DNA of 63,659 nucleotides, the filler included. It is 9 parts of 9 records of this genome, joined end to end, with 100 filler letters (N's around TTAATTAATTAA, not from the genome) between each part and the next. Parts side by side here need not be neighbours in the genome. Positions count along the whole stretch, not along the records: positions 8,186 to 16,217 come from SRR7504441_9429; positions 16,318 to 20,298 come from SRR7504441_9431; positions 20,399 to 30,575 come from SRR7504441_9432; 6 more parts are not named here. One strand, written 5' to 3'. The translations under genes were made by a program, and so were the position numbers. Below, piece by piece: positions 11,746 to 23,597 of this stretch. Within the stretch, counting starts at the first letter, position 1. Each line of letters starts with the position of its first letter. The notes under the pieces are model-generated. The model was given only the letters and a program-made list of their open reading frames with translations. It ran no database searches and was not told the origin of the DNA.

Positions 11746-14700
11746 CTATTGCTTGTCTGTCTTCCGATTGACTCGCCTAAGATCGCCCTTTGAATTTGTT
11801 TTGCGCATCCCACCTAGTTCACCCTTTGAATTTGAACGCCGCATACCCCCATCCTTTGCATCTTCCCTGGATGTAATCCGTCCCTGCAACAGTCCCAGAA
11901 GCCTCGCCAGAATCTGCAGGGAAAGCTCGCGATTCACACACAGAAAAACAGCTAAAGCAAGTAGCAGGAACGTGCCAAACGAAGAACTCTGGATGTCTTC
12001 ATGTATGACCTTGCGGCTTGATTTGAATGACAGCTCTAGAGGCTTGGTCGGCTTGGGTGCATTCTTTCCCAACGAGATAGAGGCTGATGTTGCCACTACG
12101 TCCCACTTGCCTTTGTCCTTATTCGTCCGGGATGAGTGTAAAGAAACAGTGTATTCGCCCTCGGCTAAGTCAGAAAATTCAAAGTAGCGTGAGAGAGGCA
12201 CCGTGCAGCTCTTGAAAACTTCACTCAGCTTGTCGGCGTGAGCCAGTTGCACCTCTAGAGTGTCCAGCTCTGCGTCTGACACATGTACAACCCCAGTCAG
12301 CTCATACCTCGTCATTGCACGAAAGATGACAAACACCAGCCCGCGGTGGTCCTGAGCCGTCATTGTGAAAGTCTCTGAGACAGGCGCAGCTCTTTCGATT
12401 GTGGCCTCCCCTTCGCCACCTTTGACAACACGCACAGTGTATTCATGATTTGGGGTGAGCGCACGCAAACGAAACTGTCCATTTGCGTCTGCAACTGTCT
12501 GCTCATGCTCGCCCTTCTTGCCTATTGCCTCAACGACCACATGCTTCTCTGGTGCTCCATTGAGAGACCTCACTGATCCAAAGCAAGAATAGGACACCCG
12601 TGTTGCAGTAAGAGTAAATGTTTTCGTCACCCCTGGAGAGCACAATCAGACAGGGCTGCTCTTGGAATTTGCCTTCGCCAATCTCGATATTGAGTGGTGA
12701 TGGGCTAAAAGTGAATTCCTTGAGCAGTGGCCTCAGGTGATACTCTCCAGCAAAGAGCTCGCCAAAGTGCCATTTACCTGCCAGCCAGTTTACACTCTTG
12801 TGACATGCATCGGTGGTATTTACGCACAAGTACCTGAGGAGTCTGTGGCGTTGTGGTTTCGATACTGGTCACCAGACAGGGAAAGTAGCACACCCTCGAG
12901 AGGAGCGACACCATTCTGGTCCTTCACCTGCAGAGGGCACCATCAGACTGCTGCCATGCCGCTCTCGACCTCAATGATGATCTGGCTCAGCTCAATTGCA
13001 CGGAACACGCCTTTACCTGCAGCGATTCAGTCCCACATCTTGACAGGCCAGTGAATGCAGGCAGGCGTCAGCTAAATGGCTGATGTGCCAGCTGTGTGCG
13101 AGGCTACTATCAGAAAGAACTCAATGGGAATGAGAACTGTCAGCGAATCCTGCACATCTAGATTTTCGCTCCTTTTTGAATCACGCACACTTGGGATAAA
13201 TGTGTGAGTGGGATTAACGAAGGGCGGCCCAGCCAAGCCGAGGGTTGCAAACTGCAGCACCAGCAGACACCTTCGTGTTTGAAGTTGTAGCCTTCCTTGT
13301 GTGCCATCAGCTTGTAAGAAGTATCATCATACAGAGGACCAGCAGTGTACTTGCCATCACTCCCGGTGCTGACCTTAGTCATCACTTTGCCACTGGCTTC
13401 GTCGAGCACCGTGATGGTCACCTGCACCACATAGCAGCTCACTTGGGCAGCCAAGCTGCATGCCACCTGCTCAAGCGACGGCACCACTTCGCCGTGCACC
13501 TGCAGACCCTCCCGAGCCTGCACAGATCCCATTGGTTCCGGACACTCGTTCCGTGTCACGGAGGTGGTCCGCGAGCGAGGATAGAACATCAGGCTCTTGT
13601 GCATGGGCACAAGCTCGACTGTCTCGCCCAGTGTGGCCCAGTAGGTGTAGGTGTAGATGTGCAGCTCGGTGCCGTCCGTTTTGTTGCTAGAGCTGGTGAG
13701 ACTTGCCTCGAGCGTCTTGGGAGTCACGTCCACCGTCGAGTCCTTTGTGGCGCCATTTTTGTGCTGCTCCACGTGGATTGTGATTGGTGTGGAGACTTTG
13801 TGGACCGTCTCAACAGTGCCAGTGACCCGGTAGTGTGTCGCCTCGAAATCGAGCACTCGTGGTGCAGCGGTATCATACTGGTATACATCTTGCTCAAACA
13901 GGTAACATGACCTCGGAGTGATCTTGTACATCCCTGGCCGAGACAGGCAAAAGTTCTGAGAGCCCTTGGTCATCTTGAAAGTGTGCTCGGCCGCCTCGCC
14001 GCCATTCTTGGGCTGCTCGAGAGAGAAGACCAGGTCGATATTGTGTGAGAGGATCGCGTTGAGTATATAGCCGCTCTGCTTGAACAAAAGCCCGCTGACA
14101 GGCTCCGTGAGCACATCAACCGGCATCGACTGCTTCTCCCAGCACCAAGAGTCCTGGTTGACTGAAATCCGGTGCGCCCCGGGAAGCACGTCCGCAAACT
14201 CAAAGTAATGGCTCCCACTGTCGGTAGTGAGAAGGTCAGTAACCCTTCGATCAGCCCGAGCCTCTGCAGCAAGTGCCACTGAGATTGAAGGGTCGCACGG
14301 TAGCTCGATGCACTCGACAGCACCAGAGACCTTGACACGGGCCTTGGAGAAGGTGATGTTGACGATCGGTTGGTCGGTCACCACTAACTCGCCTGCAGCG
14401 CCCAGAGTCAGTCAACTGTTGAGGAGCAGGGCTGTTGCGCCGCTTTCCGAACCAGCCAGGCACAGAATGGCCAGACCAGCTGAATGGGCGGGGCAGGCAA
14501 TCTAGGGAGGTAAATTCAGCAACAGCCACATCGGGCAGCCGAAGCTACCCAGGCAGCTGCTGTTCTAAGCCCCCCATTCCTATACATATAAGCGGCGTGC
14601 ACCTGTCTTCTCAGGAGCAAGCACAAGCCCCGCAGCGCGCTCCTCAGGGGTAGTCACGGTGCCGACCACGTACTTGCCCGGTGCCACGTTGAAACAGAAC

Positions 14701-16217
14701 GGACCGGTGGCCTCGGTGGTTTCCAGCTGCTTCTCGCCTTGATACAAAGCGATTTTGACCGGCGTGGCCTGCTGGCCTTGATCCAGCTGCACTTGCCCAC
14801 ATAGCTCGTACTGACTCACCTGGATGTCTGGCAGCTGCGAGCTGGACGGTGAGATTTTGAGCGCCTCGGGTAGCTGGCTGAAGCTCAGGTGTGGCTTGGC
14901 TGCCGTGACAGAGTAGACGCCTACGCTGAGTTGCTCGAGACGATACTCGCCGTCAGGCCCGCTGGTGGCCTTGTGCTCGCCATCCACTGAGATGGCCACA
15001 TCAGCGCACGGCGCGCCGCTCGAGTGCAGCACGCGCCCCGAGACCGAGAAGCCGAGCACCTGTGTGCACCAGCTCAGCCGGCTCCTGGGGCACGAGGGCG
15101 CCTCGAAAACAGTGCTCAGGGTGGTCGAGCCGTGCGCCACTGTGATCGCCAACTGCTTCGGGGCCACCTGCAGCCGGGTCAGCCAGGCCGGCGCCACTGG
15201 AGCGGCACCTCGAACACTGACTGGGCGCTCGGCCGGTAGTGAGGTACAATCGAGTAGTTGCCAGGGGCAATGTTCTGGAATACAAACTCGCCCGCCTGCA
15301 TCCCGCTGGCCCCAGCCGGCCCGGCCAGGCCTCACCGAGGAGGACACCGCGCTGCACAGCGGCGGAGGCTGCCCGGCTACCTCCTGCCGGCCCGGTGAGC
15401 CAGCCGACTTTCAGACCGCAGCACCTTGAGCTCCTGCGTGCACTGCAGCACCGGAGGAGTGGGGTCAGCTGAATAGAGCAGCAGCCCCACGCCCACAATC
15501 GACTCGCCCGAGGCTCGCACCCGGCCGCGCACGTCGTAGCCAGTGACAGTGAACTGCTGTTCGAGCTGCAGATTGCCCCACCCAAGTTCAAACTCGACAG
15601 TGTGATTCTCTATCGTCCACTCGCTGTGCGACGCCACCGCCCGGTACATCCCCGGAGCGAGCGCCGCGAACCGGAACGCCCCGCCGGCGCTGGTGCTGGT
15701 GCTCACTGCACGGTCATCCTGCCCACTGCTGCGGCGTGGCCAGCGCAGCCGCCAGTACCGCCAGGCTCGTGAGTTTGACCGAGACGCCCGACGGGCCGTC
15801 CGCCGAGGCCATCGAGGACACCTGCGACGCCTCTCCAGCCGGCCGGCCGGGCCGGGCACCATCCCGGAGACCGTGAACCCCGAGAACACGAAGTTTACGT
15901 CGTCTTGGATCGCGGCGCTGGTGTCGTCGATCACTAGATTCGCCTGCTCGGGCGAGACACTCCAACCTGCCCCCTCGTACTGAGCCGGCGCGCCTCCTGC
16001 CGCAGCACCCTCCGGGCCTTCCACTCGCACGTGGAAGCTTCCCTTGTCGTAGATGCGGATGAAGTAGTAACCGTTGGGCGCGCAGTCGGTGCTCGCCTTG
16101 AGCAAGCCCTCCGGTGTGTACAGCTTGACAGAGACCTGCCCCCGAGCTCGCTGCCGCCGGGCTGGGCCGGGAGGCCTTGCTGAAGTCGATCTTCTGCTTG
16201 GGCTTCAGTTTGGTCAG
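11746..16217 (-). CDS. NOMO1: Nodal modulator (NOMO), 5'-truncated, multi-exon
   Basis: TDCAPNGYYFIRIYDKG, YTAGPLYDD, YSCFGSVRSLNGAPE and GQFRLRAL, repeated beta-sandwich domains and a C-terminal TM. Confidence 0.9.
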
Positions 16218-16317
16218 NNNNNNNNNNNNNNNNNNNNNNNNNNNNNNNNNNNNNNNNNNNNTTAATTAATTAANNNNNNNNNNNNNNNNNNNNNNNNNNN
16301 NNNNNNNNNNNNNNNNN
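16218..16317. other. Artificial contig linker
   Basis: N44-TTAATTAATTAA-N44. Confidence 0.99.
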
Positions 16318-16329
16318 ATCTGACTCGGT

Positions 16330-17313
16330 TTATTCGCCCGGTGAAACAGAGCAAAAGGTGCGCCAGGGCAGTTGGGCCGCAGGCTCTACATCTTCAACCT
16401 CATCTAACGGATCGGTTCTCTTGAGCTCCGCGCGCCGCCAGCGTGTGTCGCAGGAGATGCGCGTCGCCTCCGATAGGTTGGGCAGTGTCATGTGCAACAG
16501 GCCCATCCCGAACACGAAAACGTCGCCCGGGCGCACGTCGCGACAGTGCCACCTCATCCCTCTCAGCTCGAACGCGTCCTGCGCGAGCCAATCGTCCGAG
16601 TGCCCGTTGCTCTTCTTGCTCCGCTCCTCGGTCTTTCGCCGCTTACAACTAGGCTCCGTTTCGTCTGCGTCCACGAGCTCATCGCGTGGCGCGACCCAAC
16701 AGAAGACCCCGTTCGCGCTCTCGACCTTGGTCTCGGTCAGCGGCACGTACGCGGTGAGCCATGCGTCGTCTTGTCGCCGCTTGTAACGCTCAAAGTACGC
16801 ACCATCGCGGTGCGCGCCCGTAAACTTCCCATGGCCCACAGCCCGCAGCCACTTTGGCGCGGCCGTCTGCACGGGCACGCCGCCGCCGTCCTCGTAGTCA
16901 TGCCCCGCGAGTAACTTCTGCATGAGCGCGACCAGTCTCTCGTGCTCAAACAGCTTCCTCGCCTCTGGCAGCTCGCACAGCGCGTACTTGCCCAGCATGG
17001 ATACCTCCGCGCGGCTGTCCATCACATTGCGGCGATCTCGCTCGTCCTCCCCCGCTGCAGCCGCGGCCACCACCGCTGCGCGCGCCGCGTCCACCTCCGC
17101 GCGAGGCAGGAAGTCGCGCAGCACCAGGATGCCCTCCCGCGCCAGCGCCGCGCCCAGCGCCGCGGCCCGGCCATCCCAACGCTCTGCATTCACCGGGCGT
17201 GGCGCGTACCGCACGCCGATCGTTTTATGGTGCGAGGCGCTGGTTCGCACCTGGGTCAGCGCGTGATCCTCCCCTCTACCACTGCCCACAGCTTTAGTGA
17301 CTTCTACCTTCAT
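16330..17313 (-). CDS. PhyH-family Fe(II)/2-oxoglutarate dioxygenase
   Basis: EGILVLRDFL, HxD (TGAHRDGAYF), LTAYVPL and PGDVFVFGMGLLHMTLPN..RISCDTRW. Apparently intronless; first ATG in frame at 17313. Confidence 0.8.
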   Translation of the reverse strand: MKVEVTKAVGSGRGEDHALTQVRTSASHHKTIGVRYAPRPVNAERWDGRAAALGAALAREGILVLRDFLPRAEVDAARAAVVAAAAAGEDERDRRNVMDSRAEVSMLGKYALCELPEARKLFEHERLVALMQKLLAGHDYEDGGGVPVQTAAPKWLRAVGHGKFTGAHRDGAYFERYKRRQDDAWLTAYVPLTETKVESANGVFCWVAPRDELVDADETEPSCKRRKTEERSKKSNGHSDDWLAQDAFELRGMRWHCRDVRPGDVFVFGMGLLHMTLPNLSEATRISCDTRWRRAELKRTDPLDEVEDVEPAAQLPWRTFCSVSPGE

Positions 17314-17452
17314 CTCAGGCGCCTCGTCAGCCGCGTCGGCGATCGGTTGCGCTGCGGCCTCGTGCAAGGCCGTCGTTGCGCTGCCACCAACAGGCTCACG
17401 AGCTCACGACCGCGAGTGCAATTTTGCCGTTGCCGAGTCGGGAGTTTGTGCA

Positions 17453-18082
17453 ATGCTGCGAGCTGGGTTGCCGCGGGCGGCTCGAGGTTTGGTGCGGCGC
17501 CGGTGGCTGTGCACTGCCGGCAGCCGGGAGGAGGAGCAGCCGTCGTTCTGGGACAAGGCAGCCGGCAAAGGAGTGCAATCGCCGCCGGCCCCGGCAGTGG
17601 GGGCGATCGCGCAGGCCGGGCTGGGTGCGTTCATGGGGATCGGGCTGCTCAGCGGGCTGCACTTCGGGCTGAGCGGCGGGAGCGACGCCACGCTGATCCT
17701 AGGCAGCATGGGCGCCTCGGCGGTCCTGGTGTACGGGGCGCCGGGCCTACCCTTCAGCCAGCCACGCAACGTGATAGGCGGACACATCATCAGCGCCGCG
17801 GTCGGGGCGGCCAGTTACCAAGCCATCGCCCAGCCGATGGGCTCGGCCTGGCTGGCGGCCCCAGTGGCGGTCTCGATCAGCCTGATGGCGATGCAGGCCA
17901 CCAGCACCGTCCACCCACCTGCGGGCGGGACCGCGCTGATCGCGGTGTTGGGATCGGACCGGGTGCACGAGATGGGGCTGGGGCTGGTCGGGCCGGCCGG
18001 CGGAGGGGCGGTTGGGCTGGTGGCCGTCGGAGTGCTCTGCAACCTGCTGCCCGGACGGAGCTACCCGGAGCGATGGTTCTAG
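17453..18082 (+). CDS. HPP-family membrane protein with mitochondrial-type presequence
   Basis: SMGASAVLVYGAP..PFSQPRNVIGGH and TVHPPAGGTAL; Arg-rich, acid-free N-terminus. Confidence 0.9.
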   Translation: MLRAGLPRAARGLVRRRWLCTAGSREEEQPSFWDKAAGKGVQSPPAPAVGAIAQAGLGAFMGIGLLSGLHFGLSGGSDATLILGSMGASAVLVYGAPGLPFSQPRNVIGGHIISAAVGAASYQAIAQPMGSAWLAAPVAVSISLMAMQATSTVHPPAGGTALIAVLGSDRVHEMGLGLVGPAGGGAVGLVAVGVLCNLLPGRSYPERWF

Positions 18083-18290
18083 CCAGTAACGGAACAAACT
18101 AGAGACGTTAATTAAGGAGGGAGAAGTACGATTAATTAAGGAGCTACCCGGGCAATGGCTCTAGTAACTAAAGTATAAACTATGTCACAGACTGTATGTA
18201 AAGATAGTTGGCTCTAACCAATAGAGCATAACCCATAAGGTATTATTAATCAATTCAACATAAACTTGTGGTGGTCCGATTATCAAGTGA

Positions 18291-19058
18291 TCAGCTAGCC
18301 CCTAGGTTCCGGGCGCGGGCCAGCATTGTGTTAATCTCCCTGTGCGACCGGACTGTCTCCCGCTCGCACCGTTCTGGCCCGGACCAGCACACCACGTACT
18401 GTCTGATCTCGGGCTCATACCCAACCACCCTCCCCCAGAGCGCCTCGCCCGCCCCAGTCCGCCGGCGCGCCACCACCGGCAACCCATCTGGCAGCCCATG
18501 CGCCAGCCCGCGCTGCAGCTCCGGGTATGAGTGCTCTGGCAGCTCGGCCATCGCCCGTCGGACCCTCCCCGTCCACCGCTCCAGCCCCCGCTCTGCCGCC
18601 CCCGCCGCCCCGGCCAGCGCGCTCTCGGGGTCCCCACCGGGCCTGCTCATCCAGTCGGCGTCTAGGTACGGCTCCTGGTCCGGGCCCGGCGGCTCTATCG
18701 CGAACCCTAGCCCGGCCCAGAACCGGCCCGCCCGTCGCAGCGCCGGAGCCCGCACCCTAGGGGCCAGCTCGAGCAGGCAACGGACCAGCAGGCTGCCTAG
18801 CCCGCATCCCGCCGGCCAGGCGCACAAGTACGGCACCACTAGCTGCCCGGATCGCCACTCGACCGCCGCGGCCGCCAGCACCCGGTCGGGCTGCCCGAGC
18901 GCCAGGATGCTCCGGCCGGCCCCGCGGCCCCAGTCGGCCAGCTCGGCCCGGCAGTTGTCCCGCGGGAACTGGTGGGCCAGCAGCGCCTGTGCCTGCGGCA
19001 TCGCCCGCCCCTCCGACAGCTCCAGCCCCCCCTCGAGCTGCCGGTTGACCTCCTGCAT
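18291..19058 (-). CDS. GNAT-fold acetyltransferase-like protein
   Basis: VVPYLCAWPAGCGLGSLLV resembles the acetyl-CoA loop; also RFWAGLGF. Confidence 0.5.
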   Translation of the reverse strand: MQEVNRQLEGGLELSEGRAMPQAQALLAHQFPRDNCRAELADWGRGAGRSILALGQPDRVLAAAAVEWRSGQLVVPYLCAWPAGCGLGSLLVRCLLELAPRVRAPALRRAGRFWAGLGFAIEPPGPDQEPYLDADWMSRPGGDPESALAGAAGAAERGLERWTGRVRRAMAELPEHSYPELQRGLAHGLPDGLPVVARRRTGAGEALWGRVVGYEPEIRQYVVCWSGPERCERETVRSHREINTMLARARNLGAS

Positions 19059-19112
19059 TGATGCCGTTATTCTCCCGTCCGTTATTTGCGCTGGCGGCTG
19101 CGGCCTAGCCGG

Positions 19113-19982
19113 ATGGCTCCTGCTGCCCGTGAGTCCGGGCTCGGGCAGTCCCCGGACGGGGTGCTCTTGCTGGTGCTTGGTGCAGTCCATCGGGCCGAGA
19201 TGGCCGCGCTGCCGGCCTGGGGCTCGGTGAGGGCCGGGGCCGGGCTATACCACCCATTCAAGGGCCCGCGCCCGCCGCCCGGCTGCCGCTCGCGAGACAC
19301 CGATCTGGCCACAGAGGACGGCGGTCGGTTGGTGCTGGCGACGGCGGCGGGGATAGTCTGGAGCTCCGGGGAGCGCTGGGGGCTCCGGGTGGGCCTGTGC
19401 GCCGGAGTGTGCATCCGCTGGGCCCGGCTGGTGCGGCAGCTCGAGCCGGCCATCCCGGCGGGGCTCGGTGCGCTGCTGGCGGCCAGTGTGCTCGCGGGTG
19501 TGACCGGGCACCCCAGCTTCCCGGGGCTGCGCAGCCCGCCGGATGGCTGTGTAAACCTGACCGTCGCCGTCCGCACCGGTCCGGCCTCCGGCCCGCACCC
19601 GGCCGAGCCGCCCGACGGATTCGACGAGGAGCCGGAGTTTCGTCTGTCCGGACCGATTCGAGGGTTCAGGCGGCCGGATTGGGAGGAAGCGTGTTCAGGC
19701 CGGCTGATGGAGTGCAAGGAGATGCCAGAGTACGGCCGATACAGCAAGGACAGCCGGGTGGACCTGGCCAGCCAGTGGCACGGCAGGCAGGCGGTCGAGG
19801 CGCTCCATAAGCTAATGCTGCCCGGGCACAGGCTGGCCGGCCGCGGCTGGCTGGTGCTGGATGAGAACTGCACCCAACGGATGACCGCGGGGCATAGGGA
19901 GGTGACCAAGCGCCTGTGGCTGCAGAGCGACCAGAGCTTCGCCTGGCTCGACCTCACCAGCTTCTCGAGCTACACCGACTAG
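19113..19982 (+). CDS. Hypothetical membrane protein
   Basis: Long open frame with hydrophobic segments and a protein-like C-terminus. The 5' exon structure is uncertain. Confidence 0.4.
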   Translation: MAPAARESGLGQSPDGVLLLVLGAVHRAEMAALPAWGSVRAGAGLYHPFKGPRPPPGCRSRDTDLATEDGGRLVLATAAGIVWSSGERWGLRVGLCAGVCIRWARLVRQLEPAIPAGLGALLAASVLAGVTGHPSFPGLRSPPDGCVNLTVAVRTGPASGPHPAEPPDGFDEEPEFRLSGPIRGFRRPDWEEACSGRLMECKEMPEYGRYSKDSRVDLASQWHGRQAVEALHKLMLPGHRLAGRGWLVLDENCTQRMTAGHREVTKRLWLQSDQSFAWLDLTSFSSYTD

Positions 19983-20298
19983 CTATATACATGCACCTTG
20001 ATCGGCAGGCGCGCTGTTGTTCACATGCGCAGATGCCTCCGCCACAAAACGTGGGCACTCAGATCTAGACACGTCTAGAACGATTGCAATGTACCGGTAA
20101 TGTAATGTAAGTACTCTCATTCCAGCGGTGGACGCCAACGAGTGGTGATTGTTCATTGAAAAGTTGGTCAATGCGAATACGTAATCTGAGTATTTACTTT
20201 TGATAGTACAGGCTTTTTCTTATCTAGACTATTTGTACCGTACTTCTAATAAATAATTTAATTAGCTAGCTTGAGCCCCTCCAGGTAGGCAGGCCCGA

Positions 20299-20398
20299 NN
20301 NNNNNNNNNNNNNNNNNNNNNNNNNNNNNNNNNNNNNNNNNNTTAATTAATTAANNNNNNNNNNNNNNNNNNNNNNNNNNNNNNNNNNNNNNNNNNNN
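20299..20398. other. Artificial contig linker
   Basis: N44-TTAATTAATTAA-N44. Confidence 0.99.
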
Positions 20399-21216
20399 AC
20401 AGGACGTTCCAGTAGTCGAGAAGATGGAGCGCGAGCGGCGGAATATGGCAGACAGGGCCAAGATGAAGGAGCACGATAGGAACAAGGAACAGGTGTCCGC
20501 TGCCGAGCGATCAGGTTGATAACACGCGGGGCCAGCACAAGAAACTGCTTTCGCTTCACCGGGAGGGGGGTCTGGCGGGCGAGAAGGAGGAGGATCACTA
20601 CGATCTGCGCAAGGCCGGGATAGCTACCACCAGGAAGACGATCAACGAGTCCAACTGGCACCACGATGTGCAGGGCGGCAGAACCGCAGCCAAGCGAAAG
20701 GAACTTCTCCAATCGGCTGTAGTCGAGCCGTCTAAGATCGTGCACCACTCGACGCACAAGAAGCACGGCCACCTGAACGACGACGAGCTGCGCGATTACT
20801 GCGGGCTTAAGCAGGGCGAGGAGTTGGACGCGGAAGGGCGAGTGATTCCTCCGTGGGCGGTTCAGGAGATGCGGGCATCCCGGTACCTGGGCCCTATGGG
20901 CGAGGACTACACCAAATACAACTCGGACTACCCGTCGGTGGACATGGACGCGGTCACCTCCTGGACAGCCAGGCCGCCGCCGCCGCAGATGTACCTGAGG
21001 GACGAGCGAGGCAAAAACGTGCGACGGTCTGATCCGAGAATGCCGCATGACCCAGCCACCTACGGCCAACCGTACATTGGACCGTACGCCAGGTTTTACG
21101 AGAGCCCGGCCGGCGTGGCGGTGGAGGGCCCGACTGCTGGGCTGCCGTATGGCGCGTACGGAGCTCACGCCGGAGCGCCTTATCCGATGGCGGTTGGCAT
21201 GCCCGGGCTTTACTGA
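20399..21216 (+). CDS. Hypothetical protein, C-terminal fragment (charged, then Pro/Tyr/Gly-rich tail)
   Basis: Protein-like frame ends at TGA 21214-21216 and is followed by an AT-rich 3' region with AATAAA. The 5' end is cut by the contig edge. Confidence 0.5.
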
Positions 21217-21393
21217 GCAATGAGCAAGCGGAGGTCGGCCTGTCCAGACATTAACGGATAGCTTCATCGTCTACTGCGCTCTTTGATCAATAAAATACTT
21301 GTGTTTAAATAATAAGTGCTTTCACATGCGCCGCACGACCACGAATCCGGGTTCAGTGACTCATTAGTGACTCATAGAATCGAAGAACTATTG

Positions 21394-23394
21394 CTAATCT
21401 TGTCGTTTAGAGCATTCAGGGCCTCTCTCTGCTGCTCCACCTAGGGCACACCCAATCACACCTCGCACAGCCGTTGACTGCTGACCTGCGTGATCCGATG
21501 CTGAAGCGCTTCCTCTTGCTTTGCCGCCCCCCAGAGCTCCTCTTCGAGCCCCTGACACGCCAGTCAGTCCGCCGCCCCCCGCACCGCACACCTGCTCCTT
21601 CTCTCGCACCCGCACTCCCATCAACGCCGCCGCCTCCCGTTGCTCCTCAACCTGCTTGGTCCGGGCGCACAGTCCTTGCTCGGCCTCTTGGAGCGCGGCC
21701 TGGCACACAGAGTGCGCGCCCTGCATCCTGGCCAGCTTGGTGCACGCATGCTCCAGCGTGACCCTCTCCTGCTGGCTCAGCTCCGACTTGGCGTCCAGCT
21801 GCCCTCTGTCAGCACCGATGGGCCCCGCCCGTGCCTGCAGCCGCATCTGCGCAATGACCTCATTCTGCTGGTCGAGTTGGACCATCTAGATGCCACAGTT
21901 CAGCCGTGCCCCGCCGGGTACCCACCCGACTCGCCAGTGACTCTGAGAGCTTCACGTGAGCCTGCATCTGCGCCTCCAACGTACTCGAGCTTTGCCAGTG
22001 CTGATTGTTCTCCAGCACCGCCGCCAGCGCCTCGGTGGCAGCTGCATGCGCCTGGGGGCGGGCTCGGCAGCCGCCGCCTGATTCACACCTCCATCTCGGC
22101 AGCCGATGGTGGCGCGGTCAGCCCCGATGCTTTGTGAGCCAACTGGTCCGCCATTAACACATGAGCCTCGAGCTGGGACACAGCGTTCTCCTTATCCGTC
22201 TAGCAGCACACATCAGCCCGAAAGACTCGGCGCACACCTCGGCTCCCACCGGCTGCTGCATGGCCAGGCTCTGACTCATATGTTCCACTTGCCCCCTTCC
22301 ACCCCGCTAAGCCAGCCCGTCTGGGCCGCACCACTGACTCGCCGTCTGCTGACTGGTCCGGCCCAGCTCCTCGGCCAAGGCTCGCAGCCCGGCCTTATGT
22401 GCCGCGAGGTCGTCAGTCCGTTGCGAGTGTATCCTCTCTAACTCCTGTACAGCGAGGCCCTGCGCCATCAGATCCTGCTGGGTCCTAGAAGCCTCCGCCT
22501 GCAGCTGGGTCACAGCCTGCTGCTGCTGCTGCAACGACGACTCCTGCGCCTGTAGCTCGCTCAATATCTAACCCCCGCCCTCCGACACCCTGAGGCGCTG
22601 TTCCAAAGATTGTCTCCGGTGCTTCTGCTCAGAGAGAGCCAGGCCCTGCTCCGGGTCAGGCCCAGTGCCAGGGCCGCCCGCCTTCTGGGCCAACTCAAGC
22701 TGGATCAGATTGAGCGCGTGCCGGTCTATCGATACTTGGTGCGACTGTCTCTGGAGCTCGGAGGTCATGTACGATAGCACCTGTTGATTAGCATGTTGGC
22801 TCCTCATCAGACGGCATCAGCACCTCGTCCCGTTGCTCTCGCTCCATCTCAGACAAAATCGGCAGCTCGCCCACCCCGTCAAACCACGACCATGGGTCGC
22901 TCGCCGCGTTGGGACTATCAGCCCTGCCACTGGTCGGTCCGTCTCGGCGCCGGCAGCGCACCGCTCCGTGCACCCGTCAAACGCTGTCCGGTTGGTTCCC
23001 CCGCTCCCGGCTTCGCTGCCCCAGGTGGGCGACGGGATCCCAAGCTGCTTGAGCGCCTGCGTGCACCCGTAACCAGCTCGCTGGCCGGCCGACCGCCTGC
23101 TTACGGGCGCCCTGCGCCTCCGCGGAGGCCACCAGAGAGCTGGGGATGGAGAAGCCGCCGTCCTGGCCTGTGGATATGGGGGCGGGGCTGGTCTGCTTGC
23201 CCTCGCCGGACTGCCGGGTCGAGGCAAGCGGCCTGACGGCCCGGGTGAGCGGGAGGGCGGGTTGCTGTGGTGCACCGGTAGTCGTCGGTGGTGCTCAGGC
23301 CTCGGGGGGCGGACCGGGCGGCGCCGGCTCTCGGGGCGGCCCAGTCCCATGAGGACGAGGACGAGGTTCGGCTCAGCGAGGCGCGCTCATCCAT
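21394..23394 (-). CDS. Coiled-coil hypothetical protein (multi-exon)
   Basis: Successive Q/E/L-rich heptad exons are separated by short GT-AG introns. Ends are approximate. Confidence 0.5.
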
Positions 23395-23597
23395 CTCGGT
23401 CTGCCTAGCGAGACGACAGCATGCCCATGCGTGGCAGCATCCTGTGTTCAATCGATATCAACGGCCGTGAGCAAACCGCCGGTGCACCGCGCAGTACGTA
23501 CAAGTACGAGCACAATACGTGAGCACAAGTTGCCGGTGATCGACCATCTGGCTATATAGATTATGTCGCGGGCACGCGGCCCTTAGAAATGCGAGTG

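Noticed and set aside
3092-16217. Nicastrin and NOMO close together, suggesting a membrane-complex cluster
   Set aside because: They are on different contigs, and NOMO's partner is nicalin, not nicastrin.
23494-23530. GTAC-rich intergenic motifs as copper-response elements
   Set aside because: GTAC is common in most AT-rich spacers here regardless of gene function, so it looks compositional.
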